This document shows positions 49,665 to 60,368 of a stretch of 64,000 nucleotides of DNA, piece after piece. Origin of the DNA: Candidatus Krumholzibacteriia bacterium. GTDB lineage: Bacteria > Krumholzibacteriota > Krumholzibacteriia > JAJRXK01. The DNA is taken from assembly GCA_041484665.1 (NCBI GenBank), contig JBGPIA010000002.1, positions 704,001-768,000 on the forward strand, given 5' to 3'. A model generated the notes under the pieces. The model ran no database searches and had not been told where the DNA came from. It was given only the letters and a program-made list of their open reading frames with translations. Within the stretch, counting starts at the first letter, position 1; each line of letters starts with the position of its first letter. The position numbers and the translations under genes are program-made.

Positions 49665-50363
49665 ATGCACCACTTCGCGTTCAATTTCCAGGGCAACGCC
49701 GTGCTGTCGGTCCTGACGTTCCTGGGGACCGGCGCGCTGCTGGCGCTGTGCCTGCTCATCGCGGTCGTCTGCTTCGCACGCAAGCAGCCGGTGATGGCAC
49801 GCCGCATCGGGCTGACGGCTGCCGCGATCGTCGCGGTGTACGGCGTCCTGCTGGTGGGTAGCTCGGCGCTCAGCAAAGAGATCGTGCTGTCGCCGCACGA
49901 CGAGAAGTACTTCTGCGAGGTTGACTGCCACCTCGCCTATTCCGTCCAGGGCGTCCAGCACGCGCGCACGCTTGGTCCGCCCGAGAAGTCCGTGACCGCG
50001 CGCGGTGAGTTCTGCGTCGTCACACTGCAGACCCGCTTTGATGAGACCACGATCAGCGCCCACCGCCCCCGCGAAATGCCGCTGTGGCCCAACCCGCGGT
50101 ACGTGCAGATCCAGGACGAGCGCGGGCGGCGCTTCGAGGTATCGCTCGACGGGCAGCAGGCTCTCGACGCCACCCTGCGCGACCAGGCACCGCTCTCGCG
50201 GCCACTCCGCCCGGGCGAGAGTTACACGACCCAGCTGGTGTTCGATTTGCCGCAGGACGTCCAGCATCCACGCCTGATCCTCAGCGAATCGGACTGGCCG
50301 ACGCGGCTCCTGATCGGCCACGAGAACAGCCTGTTGCACAAGCGGACGTACTTCGCGCTTTGA
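49665..50363 (+). CDS. Membrane-anchored protein with Ig-like (DUF4352-like) domain
   Basis: GGAGG RBS; two TM helices; IQDERGRRF..LRPGESYTTQLVFDLP. Confidence 0.6.
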   Translation: MHHFAFNFQGNAVLSVLTFLGTGALLALCLLIAVVCFARKQPVMARRIGLTAAAIVAVYGVLLVGSSALSKEIVLSPHDEKYFCEVDCHLAYSVQGVQHARTLGPPEKSVTARGEFCVVTLQTRFDETTISAHRPREMPLWPNPRYVQIQDERGRRFEVSLDGQQALDATLRDQAPLSRPLRPGESYTTQLVFDLPQDVQHPRLILSESDWPTRLLIGHENSLLHKRTYFAL

Positions 50364-50521
50364 GCGCGGCGGGCCGCGCTGCATGGCCAAGCCGCCCAAT
50401 TCCCGGTACGCTCTCCCCCGCCGCAGGCCGACACCGAGTGGGCGCTCGGGCAGGCGGGTTCCGCCCCGCTGTTGCGGCACCCCGGGCATCGAGCGGAGAT
50501 CGGCAGATCGAAAGGAACGAG

Positions 50522-51193
50522 ATGACGTCGACCGAGCAGCTCTTCATCGCGGTGACCACCGGTGATGTCGAGACCGTGCGCCAGATGGTCGCCACCGATC
50601 CGCCGCTCGCGCATGCGCGGGACAAGGATGGCGTGTCGGCCATCCTCAAGGCGGCGTACCACCGCAGGCCGCCGGTACTCGAAGTGCTGCTGCAGTCGAC
50701 GATCGAACCACTGGACATCTGGGAGGCCGCCGCGACGGGCAACGCGGCGCGCGTGAAAGCGCTTCTGCAGTCCGATCCCACCCTGCTCAATGGCTATGCG
50801 ACGGACGGCTTCTACCCGCTGGGGCTCGCAGCGTTCTTCCGGCAGCAGGAGGTGGCCACGGTGCTGCTGGCCGCCGGGGCCGATGTGAACCAGAGCGCTC
50901 GCAACGCGATGCGGGTGCGTCCGCTCCACGCGGCCGCGGCCGCCGATCACGTCGAGATCGCGCAGATGCTGCTCGAGCGCCGCGCCGATCCCAACGCGGC
51001 GCAGCAGATGGGATTCCGCCCGCTCCACGAGGTAGCGCTGCTCGGGCGGATGCCCATGGCCAAGCTGCTGCTCGAGCACGGCGCGGACGTCAACGCGCGC
51101 AGCGACGACGGCAAGACCGCGCTGACCTTCGCCCTGCAGGGCAAGCACGAGGAGATGGCGCGCTACCTGCGCGAGCGGGGCGGCACCGAGTAG
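50522..51193 (+). CDS. Ankyrin repeat protein
   Basis: PLHAAA..LLERRADPN, PLHEVA..LLEHGADVNAR..GKTAL repeats. Confidence 0.9.
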   Translation: MTSTEQLFIAVTTGDVETVRQMVATDPPLAHARDKDGVSAILKAAYHRRPPVLEVLLQSTIEPLDIWEAAATGNAARVKALLQSDPTLLNGYATDGFYPLGLAAFFRQQEVATVLLAAGADVNQSARNAMRVRPLHAAAAADHVEIAQMLLERRADPNAAQQMGFRPLHEVALLGRMPMAKLLLEHGADVNARSDDGKTALTFALQGKHEEMARYLRERGGTE

Positions 51194-51209
51194 CGGCCGG
51201 CCGAGGAGC

Positions 51210-52025
51210 CTAGGAGCTCAGCCGCGCGATGATCTCCTCGTGCAGCGCTTTGCCGCACGACGTCACCAGGCTGCCCGCGTAGACGACACCGTCGCGCTCT
51301 CCCGACAACGAGGACACGACGCCGCCCGCCTCCTCCACGCAAGGCACCAGCGCCGCGATGTCCCACGGCTTCATCACCGCGTCGATGGCCGCGTGCACGC
51401 GGCCCTGGCAGACCAGCCCGTGCTGCAAGCAGTCGCCGACGAACTTGAATCTGCGAGCGGCGTGGATCAGCGCCGTCAGGTTGTAGCTCGGGCGGTCGGT
51501 CGTATTGTGGATGTCGGAGGCGTGGACGCCCGACGCGGAGACGAACGCGTCGGTCAGCTTGGGGGCGCGCGCCACCTGCACGCGCACGGGCGCGGACGAC
51601 GGATGCTTGAACCAGCACCCCTCCCCCTTCGCCGCGTAGAGTGTCTCTCCCAGCGCGGGGAAATGCGCGACCCCCACGATTGGCTGCTCGTCCTCCAAGA
51701 GGGCGATCAGCGTGCCGAAGGTCGGCAGACCGAGGGCGAACCAGACCGTGCCGTCGATGGGGTCGAGCACCCAGCGGTGGCGGCGGTCCGAGTGGAGCTC
51801 GCCGCCCAGCTCCTCGCCGAGCACGTCGTGGTCGGGGTAGCGGCTCGCGATGACCGCGCGCATGGCCTTCTCGGCCTCGATGTCGGCCTCGGTCACGTCG
51901 GAGCCGTCGGGCTTGCTGCGGACCGCGCAGCGGCGATAGCGCGGCATGATCTGCTGCTCGGCCACCTGGGCGAGGCGCAGCGCGAAGGTCAACAGCTCGT
52001 GCTCGCTCATAACTTGGGCTCGCAT
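51210..52025 (-). CDS. Inositol monophosphatase family / histidinol-phosphatase HisN-like
   Basis: VTEADIEAE, GEE, WVLDPIDGT, WDIAAL..EEAGG. Confidence 0.85.
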   Translation of the reverse strand: MRAQVMSEHELLTFALRLAQVAEQQIMPRYRRCAVRSKPDGSDVTEADIEAEKAMRAVIASRYPDHDVLGEELGGELHSDRRHRWVLDPIDGTVWFALGLPTFGTLIALLEDEQPIVGVAHFPALGETLYAAKGEGCWFKHPSSAPVRVQVARAPKLTDAFVSASGVHASDIHNTTDRPSYNLTALIHAARRFKFVGDCLQHGLVCQGRVHAAIDAVMKPWDIAALVPCVEEAGGVVSSLSGERDGVVYAGSLVTSCGKALHEEIIARLSS

Positions 52026-52092
52026 CCGGCCTGAATCGCTCGGCTGCGTGTGGATGCGACGATCGACGACCTCTGCGCAGACTGCGCCTCCG

Positions 52093-53049
52093 TCAGAAGG
52101 CCTGGTACTGGAGCCCGATGGTGACCGACGGTCTCACATCCTGCTCGCCAAAGAGGTTCGTGTAGAAGGGCACCTGACCGCGGACGAACAGCCAGAGATC
52201 GCGCGCGGCGTTGAAGTAGACGCCAGGAGCCACCGACAGCACGGTGCCGCCGGTATTGTCCACCGCGGAGGTCACCGTCCCGTCGGGCTCGGTCGCCTTG
52301 TCCGCCCTGGCGTAGCGGCCGTCGACCCCCAGGTCGAGCGCCACTCTCTGGATCGGCCGGCGCTGCCCATGGAAGCTCCACAGGACGGCGTCACCGAATT
52401 TGTAACGGCTACCGTCGAAGTAGGAGGCTTGCGTGCGGCGGCGGTAGGTGAGGCTGGCGAAGCCGTTCCAGCTGCCCTGTTCGTATCGGTAGTGCAGGCC
52501 TGCGAAGGGGCCCCAGCCGCCCGTGCCGAGTTGGCCGTGCGGGTCTACGAGCGTGCCGTCGGCGCTCTTGGCGTTGTGCCTTCCGGTGGGAATTGCGGTT
52601 CCCGCGGCGATCGCCATCTCGTGCACGCGCCCCGTGCCAAAGTCCACCGACCTCCAGGCGGCCCACCGCGCGGCTACCTCGGCATCGCCAACGCCCGTGA
52701 GGTTGGAGTTGATGACATCCTCACCGCCGCCGACGGTGTGGATCATCCTGTTTCCCAGCGGCAGGGTGGCGATCAGCGAAAGGACTTCGAGTGGCCGATA
52801 CACGGCGTTGAAGCGGTAGGACCACTGGGTGAGCTTGTCGGTGAAGCCTGGCGCGCCGTCAGTTCCAGCGTCGATGCGCAAGTACTCCGTATCGACCTGG
52901 AACCGGAGCTGTCCGGTGATGGCCGCCGGATCGGTCGAACTCAGCAGCGGGTCGCCACAACCACAGACGGAGCAGGCCGATGCGGGGTTCGCAAGCGAGC
53001 TTCCCAGCGCGGCGAGCGCGAGCCGGGCGGCCAGTCGGCGATGCATCAT
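52093..53049 (-). CDS. Outer-membrane beta-barrel 'transporter' with N-terminal CxxCxC
   Basis: Signal peptide then CSVCGCGD; GVGDAEV, PTG, QLGTGG, NTGG; C-terminal LQYQAF. Confidence 0.65.
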   Translation of the reverse strand: MMHRRLAARLALAALGSSLANPASACSVCGCGDPLLSSTDPAAITGQLRFQVDTEYLRIDAGTDGAPGFTDKLTQWSYRFNAVYRPLEVLSLIATLPLGNRMIHTVGGGEDVINSNLTGVGDAEVAARWAAWRSVDFGTGRVHEMAIAAGTAIPTGRHNAKSADGTLVDPHGQLGTGGWGPFAGLHYRYEQGSWNGFASLTYRRRTQASYFDGSRYKFGDAVLWSFHGQRRPIQRVALDLGVDGRYARADKATEPDGTVTSAVDNTGGTVLSVAPGVYFNAARDLWLFVRGQVPFYTNLFGEQDVRPSVTIGLQYQAF

Positions 53050-53138
53050 GTCGGAAGCCTCTCGGAGCAGCCGTTGATCGGCCGGCTGGACGACGCAACG
53101 CAGGGGATCGTCGCGTGGTCGCGTTGCCAGCCGTACGC

Positions 53139-54812
53139 TCAGCGCGCGAGGACCATGCTGCGGCTCAGCGCTCCGTCATCGGTGATCAGGCGGTAGTGGT
53201 AGAGGCCGGAGGCCACCGCGCGCCCGAGCTCGTCCAGGCCGTCCCAGCGCGCGCTGCCAGCGCCGGCCGGCCGCTCCTCGTCGAGCAGTCGGCGGACCCG
53301 GCGCCCGGCCGCATCATAGATGTCCAGGTGGACGCGTCCCGGCGCTGCGAGCTCGAACGCGATCAGCGTGCTCGGGTTGAACGGGTTGGGGACGTTCTGC
53401 TCCAACGCCAGGCGAGCGACCACGGGTGCGGGCGGCGCGGGCGTCGAGCGGTCGATCGGCACGGCCAGATCCGCCAGCGTTGCGGCCGCACCCTTCAAGA
53501 TCGCCAGGGCAAGCGCCGGATCCATGCAGGCGCGGCCCAGGCCGGGGCATGGCTGATTCCACTTGTCGTTGATGCTCTCCCAGTAGGGGTAGCTGGGGTA
53601 GTCCATGTGGATGGCGATGAATGCCGGGATGCCCGCCTGTTGGAAGGGCACGTGGTCGCTTCCCCAGCTCACGTAGTCCTTGCGGTAGCTGACCCCCGCC
53701 CACTGGGTGAGGTTGCCCTGGTAGAGGCTCATCAACGGCTCCCAGGCCGGCTGTCCCTCGATGACCACCGCGAAGTTGGTCTCCCAGGCGCTGATCTCAT
53801 CCAGGACCATCGCATTGGTGACGTGCCACCCGTTGGCCCCCAGCTGGCTGACATAGTACTGGCTCCCGTAGATCCCCTGCTCCTCGCCGCTGAAGCACGC
53901 GAAGTGGATGGTGCGCTCGGTGCGGTAGGGAGCGAGCAGCTCGGCTAGGTGCAACACACCCGCGGTACCGCTCGCGTCGTCCTCCGCGCCGGGGGCGCGC
54001 AGGTTGATGTCCTCGCTGAGGGAATCGTGGTGGCTCCCGACCACGATGATCTCGTCGGGAAGCACCACGCCCGTCTTCACCCCGATGATGTTCTGCGCGG
54101 GCGTGCCACCCACCATGAACGGCTGCCGGATGACGGTGTAGCCCATGGCCCGCAAGCGGTCCTCCATGTAGTCCTGCGCGATGAGGATCCCGGGCTTGGT
54201 GATGTGACGGTTGTTGGTCGACTTCAGCTGCCCGTTGAGCCAGAAGACCAGGTCCCCGGAGAGCTCGCGGACATACTGGGTCCACTTCGCGATGTTGAGC
54301 GAGTTGACGATGGCCTGCTTCACCTGCGGGTCGACCGCAGTGGTCGTGGCCGTGGCGGTGGCGCCCGCACCAGTGCGCCCCGCGGCTGCGACCACCGACG
54401 CCGGCGCCGGGGGCAGGTAGGTCAGCCGCTCCTTGCGATAAAGCTGGAGCAAGGGGTTCGCGGCTTGTGCGGCGTCCGCTGCCAGCAGCGCGTAGGCCCC
54501 CTCCACGCGCAGCACGGTGGCCACGGTGGACAGCACCGCCACGTCGTCCGCGCCGTGCGGCAGCCGCACGACGAACGCCTCCGCGCCCACGGGCACGTCG
54601 ATGGCTTCCACGCCGGGGGCGGTGACGGCCTCGCGCCCCACCCGGGGTACGAGCACGGTGCCGCCAGGCAGGCTGCGAACGGTCACCCGGTCGATGCCGC
54701 GCGGCATGGGGCCGGAGGTCCAGTAGATCCGCTGCGGACCGGCGGCCGCCGTGGCCACCGCCGCTGCAGAACTCAGCAGCAGCGCTGCGAGGACGACGGA
54801 GAGATGCCTCAT
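53139..54812 (-). CDS. M28-family aminopeptidase with C-terminal FlgD-like domain
   Basis: VGSHHDS, PGAEDDASG, FSGEEQG, SDHVPF; C-terminal LEQNVPNPFNP..YDAAGRRVR..WDG..ASGLY. Confidence 0.88.
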   Translation of the reverse strand: MRHLSVVLAALLLSSAAAVATAAAGPQRIYWTSGPMPRGIDRVTVRSLPGGTVLVPRVGREAVTAPGVEAIDVPVGAEAFVVRLPHGADDVAVLSTVATVLRVEGAYALLAADAAQAANPLLQLYRKERLTYLPPAPASVVAAAGRTGAGATATATTTAVDPQVKQAIVNSLNIAKWTQYVRELSGDLVFWLNGQLKSTNNRHITKPGILIAQDYMEDRLRAMGYTVIRQPFMVGGTPAQNIIGVKTGVVLPDEIIVVGSHHDSLSEDINLRAPGAEDDASGTAGVLHLAELLAPYRTERTIHFACFSGEEQGIYGSQYYVSQLGANGWHVTNAMVLDEISAWETNFAVVIEGQPAWEPLMSLYQGNLTQWAGVSYRKDYVSWGSDHVPFQQAGIPAFIAIHMDYPSYPYWESINDKWNQPCPGLGRACMDPALALAILKGAAATLADLAVPIDRSTPAPPAPVVARLALEQNVPNPFNPSTLIAFELAAPGRVHLDIYDAAGRRVRRLLDEERPAGAGSARWDGLDELGRAVASGLYHYRLITDDGALSRSMVLAR

Positions 54813-55130
54813 CGCGGATGGACTCCTCGGGGGGCGAGGGTACGGAGAGCGAGTGCGCGGGAGCGAGTACCCGCAGAGCCAGGGCGCGGAGGCACAACGG
54901 CCCGCTCGCGCCGGGCAGCGGCCCAGCGGTCCGCGTCGGTCCCCAGTGTAGCAGCCGACCCCCATGTCGGCCATCCCTCGGTGCCAGCGGCGGCCGCGGG
55001 GCGTACCGGCACCCGACAGCTCGTCGGTCCGGGTCCGCGACACGTGTCTCCTGGCCGACTCCGCGAATATGAGCATAATGATGTACAAATTCGCAGAGCC
55101 TCCAGGGCAATACTCCCGCTGGGGGCAGGC

Positions 55131-55667
55131 ATGCGCGCTCGACAGGACCTGGCCGTGCGGTTCGCGCCGCAGGCCAGGCGGGATCTCGACTCTCTCGACC
55201 CGCAGCTGCGCTCCCGCCTGGAGCGCACCATCCACACGCAGCTCGCGCGTCACCCCACCATACGCAATCGGCTGTATATCCGCCAGCTGCACGATCGGGC
55301 GGGGCCCCGGTTCTGCCTACGCGTCGGGTCGGCGCGTGTCTTCTACGACGTCGAGTGGGGAGTCCAAGGGCGGGCGAAGGCAGTGTGGGTGTTAGCGGTC
55401 GTCTCGCTCACCACAGGCGGCTTGGGCAGCTCTGCCGAACCGGGGGTACTGCGCGTGCCTCTGGCTCAAGCCAGGCAGGACCTCTGCCGGTATCTCAAGA
55501 GCGCCCAACAGCAGAACGGGCCGATCGTCATCACCCGCCACGGCAAGGCGGCCGGCGTGCTGATTGGGTTCGCCTCCGAAGACGACTGGATCGAGTACCG
55601 CCTTCGCAATGACCCCGCATTCCTGGAGCTGATCGATGTCGCGCGCTGTGCGCTGGGTGACGCCTGA
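55131..55667 (+). CDS. RelE/ParE-like domain fused to a Phd/YefM antitoxin domain
   Basis: VRFAPQARRDLDSL..LRVGSARVFYDV..VWVLAV, continuing in frame into VPLAQARQDLCRYL..PIVITRHGKAAGVLI. Confidence 0.65.
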   Translation: MRARQDLAVRFAPQARRDLDSLDPQLRSRLERTIHTQLARHPTIRNRLYIRQLHDRAGPRFCLRVGSARVFYDVEWGVQGRAKAVWVLAVVSLTTGGLGSSAEPGVLRVPLAQARQDLCRYLKSAQQQNGPIVITRHGKAAGVLIGFASEDDWIEYRLRNDPAFLELIDVARCALGDA

Positions 55668-55736
55668 GCGGCGCCGACCGTGTGCGGGGGCCGGCGCCTT
55701 CACTGGAGAGAGCGTGGGGGGGCGCGAACGAACCTC

Positions 55737-57161
55737 TCAGGCCGTTGGCTGGATGTTCTGGTTGAGCTGGAACAGATTCGTCGGGTCGTACTTCTTCTTG
55801 AGCTGAATGAGTCGATCGAAGTTGGCCCCGTAGGCTGCCCGCACGCGGGGTTGCTCCTCCTGCGTCAGGAAGTTCACGTAGGCGCCACCCGTAGCAAATG
55901 GTGTCGCCGCGTTGAACAGCTCCCGCGTCCAGGCGATGCACGCGGCATCCTTGGCAGGCTCGGCCCACCGGCCGTGGACGTTGAGCACGAACTGCGCATC
56001 GCGGTGCGTGTACGCGGTTGCCTCGCTGGGCACCCGGCTGACCGCGCCCCCCAGCTGGGCGAAGGCGATCTCGGTCTGCGGGTCGGGGATGCGGCGGGCG
56101 TGCTGCACGAGGACATCGATCAGGCCGTCGCTCACCTCGCGGAAATCGTGGGTCTTCCAGTAGTTGCGCATCCCCGGCACGAGCAGCGGGTCGAGGATGG
56201 CCTGCCAAGCGGTGAACGGGTGCGGGGCGATCACGTCCGCGATCGGTTTGCCGAAACTGCGCAGCGGCTTCGCCACGCGCTCGCCATCCTCGATCTTCCC
56301 GCAGTAGCACGCCGCCAGCGCAAGGATCTCCTTGCCGTGCCACTCGACGGGGAGGAATGGCAGGGGCGGAGCCTTCCGCATGACGAACCAGCAGACGAAC
56401 TCCTCGGGAGTGGTGGCGATGAAGTCGCGCCAGAAATGCAGGACGTCGCGGGCCGCGTCCAGGGGATGGACGATGAGCCCCGACAGCACCTGTGGCCCCA
56501 CCGGATGGAGGCGGAACTCAAACGAGGTCACGACCCCGAAGTTGCCGCCGCCGCCGCGGATCGCCCAGAAGAGATCGGGGTTCTCGGCATCGCTGGCCTT
56601 GATGAAGCGGCCCGCCGCGGTCACGACGTCCGCCGAGAGCAGGTTGTCGATGGAGAGACCGAACTTGCGGCTCAGCCAACCGAATCCGCCACCGAGCGTC
56701 AATCCCGCTACGCCGGTGGTGGAGTTGATGCCCAGGGGAGTGGCCAGCCCAAACGTCTGCGCCTCGCGGTCGAAGTCGGCGAGGGTCGCCCCGGGCTCGA
56801 CGCGGGCGGTCCGGCGCGCCTGATCCACGCTCACCGCCTTCATCTGCGAAAGGTCGATCATCAAGCCGCCGTCGCAGACGGCGTTCCCCGCGATGTTGTG
56901 CCCGCCCCCGCGCACGGCCAGCAGCAGCTGATGCTCGTCGGCGAACCGCACCGCTTGCACAACGTCCTGAGCGTTCGCGCAGCGCACGATCAGCGCCGGC
57001 CGGCGGTCGATCATGGCGTTCCAGATCGTGCGCGCCTCGTCGTACTCCGGGGACCCGGGAGCGATGAGCACGCCGCGCACGGTCTTCCGCAGCTGCTCGA
57101 TGGTGGCCTCGTTGAGAGTTGTCTTGGCGCCCGTGCGGGTCCTGGCTGGAAGGGCTTGCAT
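55737..57161 (-). CDS. FAD-linked oxidoreductase (BBE/VAO family)
   Basis: WNAMIDRRP, RGGGHN, GLTLGGG, GGGGNFGVVT, YVNF, KKKYDPTNLF. Confidence 0.92.
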   Translation of the reverse strand: MQALPARTRTGAKTTLNEATIEQLRKTVRGVLIAPGSPEYDEARTIWNAMIDRRPALIVRCANAQDVVQAVRFADEHQLLLAVRGGGHNIAGNAVCDGGLMIDLSQMKAVSVDQARRTARVEPGATLADFDREAQTFGLATPLGINSTTGVAGLTLGGGFGWLSRKFGLSIDNLLSADVVTAAGRFIKASDAENPDLFWAIRGGGGNFGVVTSFEFRLHPVGPQVLSGLIVHPLDAARDVLHFWRDFIATTPEEFVCWFVMRKAPPLPFLPVEWHGKEILALAACYCGKIEDGERVAKPLRSFGKPIADVIAPHPFTAWQAILDPLLVPGMRNYWKTHDFREVSDGLIDVLVQHARRIPDPQTEIAFAQLGGAVSRVPSEATAYTHRDAQFVLNVHGRWAEPAKDAACIAWTRELFNAATPFATGGAYVNFLTQEEQPRVRAAYGANFDRLIQLKKKYDPTNLFQLNQNIQPTA

Positions 57162-57471
57162 CACTACCTCCGCGGGGTGCGCTGGCGTGGATTCGCGGGT
57201 GCCGTTGGCCGGCACGCGGTACTACGCGCCGCCCGCATGATTGTGGGGGTTGCGCTCGAGTCGGGTCTGACTCGAGTCGTGTCGGACGGGTGAGGAGCGC
57301 CTCACGATATCGGGGTAGGGGGACGAAGGCCGATCATAGCCTGTCGCGGCGGGCGCTTCAAGGCACTGCATGCCACCCTCAGGCAGTGAACGCGAGCTCC
57401 GCGCACGACAGGCGACGGAGTGGCCGGCCGGCTGGTAGACTCCCCTCCACACCTGGGGAGGCTTGCAGACC

Positions 57472-59860
57472 TTGGAAGGCCTGGACTCTCTCGCACTACC
57501 GCATCCTCGAGCGCATCGGCGCCGGCGGAATGGGCGTGGTCTACCGCGCCCGCGACGAGCGGTTGCAGCGCGACGTCGCCCTAAAGGTGCTCCCTCCCGA
57601 GACCGCCGCCGACGAAGGGGTGCGCCAGCGGGCGCGCGCCGAAGCGGTCGTGCTCTCACAGCTCAATCACCCGGGCGTCGCGACCGTCTACGATTTCGAC
57701 ACGCAAGACGGCGTCTCGTTTCTGGTGCTTGAGTACCTGCCCGGGGAGAGTCTGGACGCGGTCGTCTCGCGCGGGGCGTTGCCGGAGCCCGAGGTGGTCT
57801 CGATCGGGATCCAGGTGACGGATGCCCTGGCCGCCGCCCACGCCCGCGGGGTCGTGCATCGCGACCTCAAACCCGCCAATCTGCGGCGGCTCCCGGACAA
57901 CCGGATCAAAGTGCTGGATTTCGGACTGGCGCGTCTGTTGCGCTCGACGCAGACGCTTGCGCTGACACTGCCCGCCGCCGGCAGGCACGCAGCGGGCACC
58001 GTCGCGTACATGGCCCCCGAGGTGATTGCCGGCCAGCAGGCCGACGAGCGCAGTGATCTGTACGCGCTGGGCGTCGTGCTCTTCGAGCTGGGCATCGGCC
58101 GCACCCCATTCGCGGGAGACAGCGTGGTGGCTCTGATGTACGCGGTGCTCAACCAGTCCCCGCCTGCCCCGCGCACGCTGCGCCCCGAGCTGTCCGCGGG
58201 CTTCGAGGCCATCGTGCTGCGGGCCATGGACCGCGATCCGTTGCGCCGCCATGCAACGGCCGCCGAGCTGGGCGCGGAGCTGCGGGTGCTGGCCGCCGGG
58301 GGTCCCGCCGGCGGGACGCCCGCGCCGCTGCCGGTGCGATCGCTGGTCGTGCTGCCGCTCGAGAATCTATCGGGCGATCCCTCGCAGGAGTTTTTCTCCG
58401 ACGGCATGACCGACGCGCTGATCTCGGGGCTGGCGAAGGTGGCAGGCCTGCGCGTGATCTCGCGCACCTCGGCCATGCGCTACAAAGGCGCCCGCAAGCC
58501 GCTCCCGGAGATCGCCGCCGAGCTGCGCGTCGACGCGGTGATCGAAGGCTCCGTCGTGCGGTCCGGCGAGCGGGTCCGCATCAACGCGCAGCTCATCCAC
58601 GCCGGGACGGATGCGCTGCTGTGGGGCGAGAGCTACGAGCGCGAGATCCGCGACGTGCTGGCGCTGCAGTCCGAGGTCGCGCACGCGGTCGCGAACGAAG
58701 TGCGCGCCGCTGTGTCCGCGACCGGGGCAAAGGCGGCGGCGGGCGGGCCGGCCCAGGCGGGGTCCGCGCGGGAAGCGGCCGAGCGCAACCCGGCCAGCGG
58801 GGCAGGGAGTCCGGTCGGCAGCGCGGGAGGCCCAGCCAGCGGTACGGGGAGTCGCGCCAGCGGTGCGGCGAGCCCCACGACCGCGCGGTCCGCGCGCCGG
58901 GTGGAGCCAGCAGCGTTCGACGCGTACCTGCGGGGTCTGCAGGACTGGCACCGGCGGACCGCCGACTCCCTGCACCGGGCGATCGAGAGTTTTCGCGAGG
59001 CGATCCGCCTCGACCCGGGATGGGCGCCCGCGCACGCCGGGCTGGCCGAGTCATGGGCGGTGATCGGATTCTACGGTTACGAGCCGCCGCGCGAGGCGTT
59101 CCCACAGGCGCGCTGCGCCGCGGAGCGGGCACTCCAACTCGACGATTCGCTCGGCGAAGCCTACAGCGTACTCGGTTACGTGCTCCACTATCACGACTGG
59201 CAGCCACGCGAGGCCGAGCAGGCGTACCGCCGCGGCGTCGAGCTCAGCCCGGGATCGGCGGTAGCCCATCTGTGGTTCACGAACCTGCTGGCGTCCGCGG
59301 GCCGGTTCGAGGAGGGACGCGTCCACGGACGGGAGGCGCTCGCGCTGGATCCGCTTGCGCCTATCATGCACATCGTTCCAGGCTGGGTGTCCTATTTCGC
59401 GCGGGACTTCGACCGCGCGCTGGTGGAGATGGGTCGCGCGCGCGAGCTCGACCCCACGTTCTGGTCCGCGCAGCTCTGGTTCGGTTGGGCCGCGCTCGCT
59501 ACCGGACACAACGCCGACGCGCTCGCCGCCTTCGAAGAGGCGGTCCGGTGCTCGGAGCGGACGCCCGAGCCTCTGGGGGCGCTTGCGTGCGCGGCGGCCC
59601 GGGTGGGGGATGAGCGGCGGGCGCGGGCGCTGCTGGGCGACCTGCGGCAGGTGGCAGCCCGGCGCTTCGTGGCGGGCTTCTTTCCGGCGCTAGTCCACGC
59701 CGAGCTGGGGGAGCACGACGCGGCGTTCGAGTGCCTGGAGCTTGCGGTGACCCAGCGGTCCCATTGGCTGATGTGGATTCGCGTGGACCCGCGGCTGGAT
59801 TCCCTGCGCGCGGACCCCCGCTTCGAGCAACTCCGCCGTACGCTCGGGTTGGCTGGCTGA
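57472..59860 (+). CDS. Ser/Thr protein kinase with TolB-like and TPR domains; apparent +1 frameshift just after the start
   Basis: TLSHYRILERIGAGGMG, VALK, HRDLKPAN, DFG, YMAPE; SLVVLPLENLSGD TolB-like domain; TPRs. The RBS-linked TTG at 57472 is one base out of frame. Confidence 0.8.
58790..58873 (+). repeat. In-frame 21-bp tandem repeat (4 degenerate copies)
   Basis: ccggccagcggggcagggagt / ccggtcggcagcgcgggaggc / ccagccagcggtacggggagt / cgcgccagcggtgcggcgagc. Confidence 0.65.
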
Positions 59861-59919
59861 GCGACCGAACCCTCCCCACGATCGGACCGGGTTTAGGGGG
59901 GGCGGTGGTGTCTCTTGGG

Positions 59920-60368
59920 CGCAGTCGTAAGCACAACGTGCTCGCGTTGGCTGTCAGCACAGTGTGCTCACTGGGGCGAGCTAGCTCGTCCGGCCTTCCT
60001 CAGCGCGCGCTGTACGGGCCGGCTGGCAACAGCCCCTCGAACGGAGTGGCGATGCGCCGTCCACGCGGATCGTGGATATCCACGGCGATCAATGCGCACG
60101 AGCGCGGCGGCACCCCGACATCGAGATCGCCGGTGTTCACCGTCGCCACCACCAGAGTCTCAGGACCCGGCACGAAGTCGGGAGCGGAGTTCCAGAACGC
60201 CGACGTCGAGGCGTGGCGCGCCTGGACGCGCACGAGCGTGTAGGGGTTGGAAGTGGCCGCCGAGTCTCCACCCGTCGGAACCAGGTAGCTGTAGCCAACG
60301 TCGCCGCTGGCCGCTTGACGTGCTACGAACTCCCAGTAGGTCGTCTTGCCGAAGTCGGACGTCCACAT
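59920..60368 (-). pseudogene. Decayed fragment of a secreted FlgD-domain protein
   Basis: YWEFVARQ..GYSYLVPT..DS..NPYT..FWNSAPD, then DIHDPRGRRIAT..LPAGPYSAR with TGA where W is expected; no signal peptide. Confidence 0.45.
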
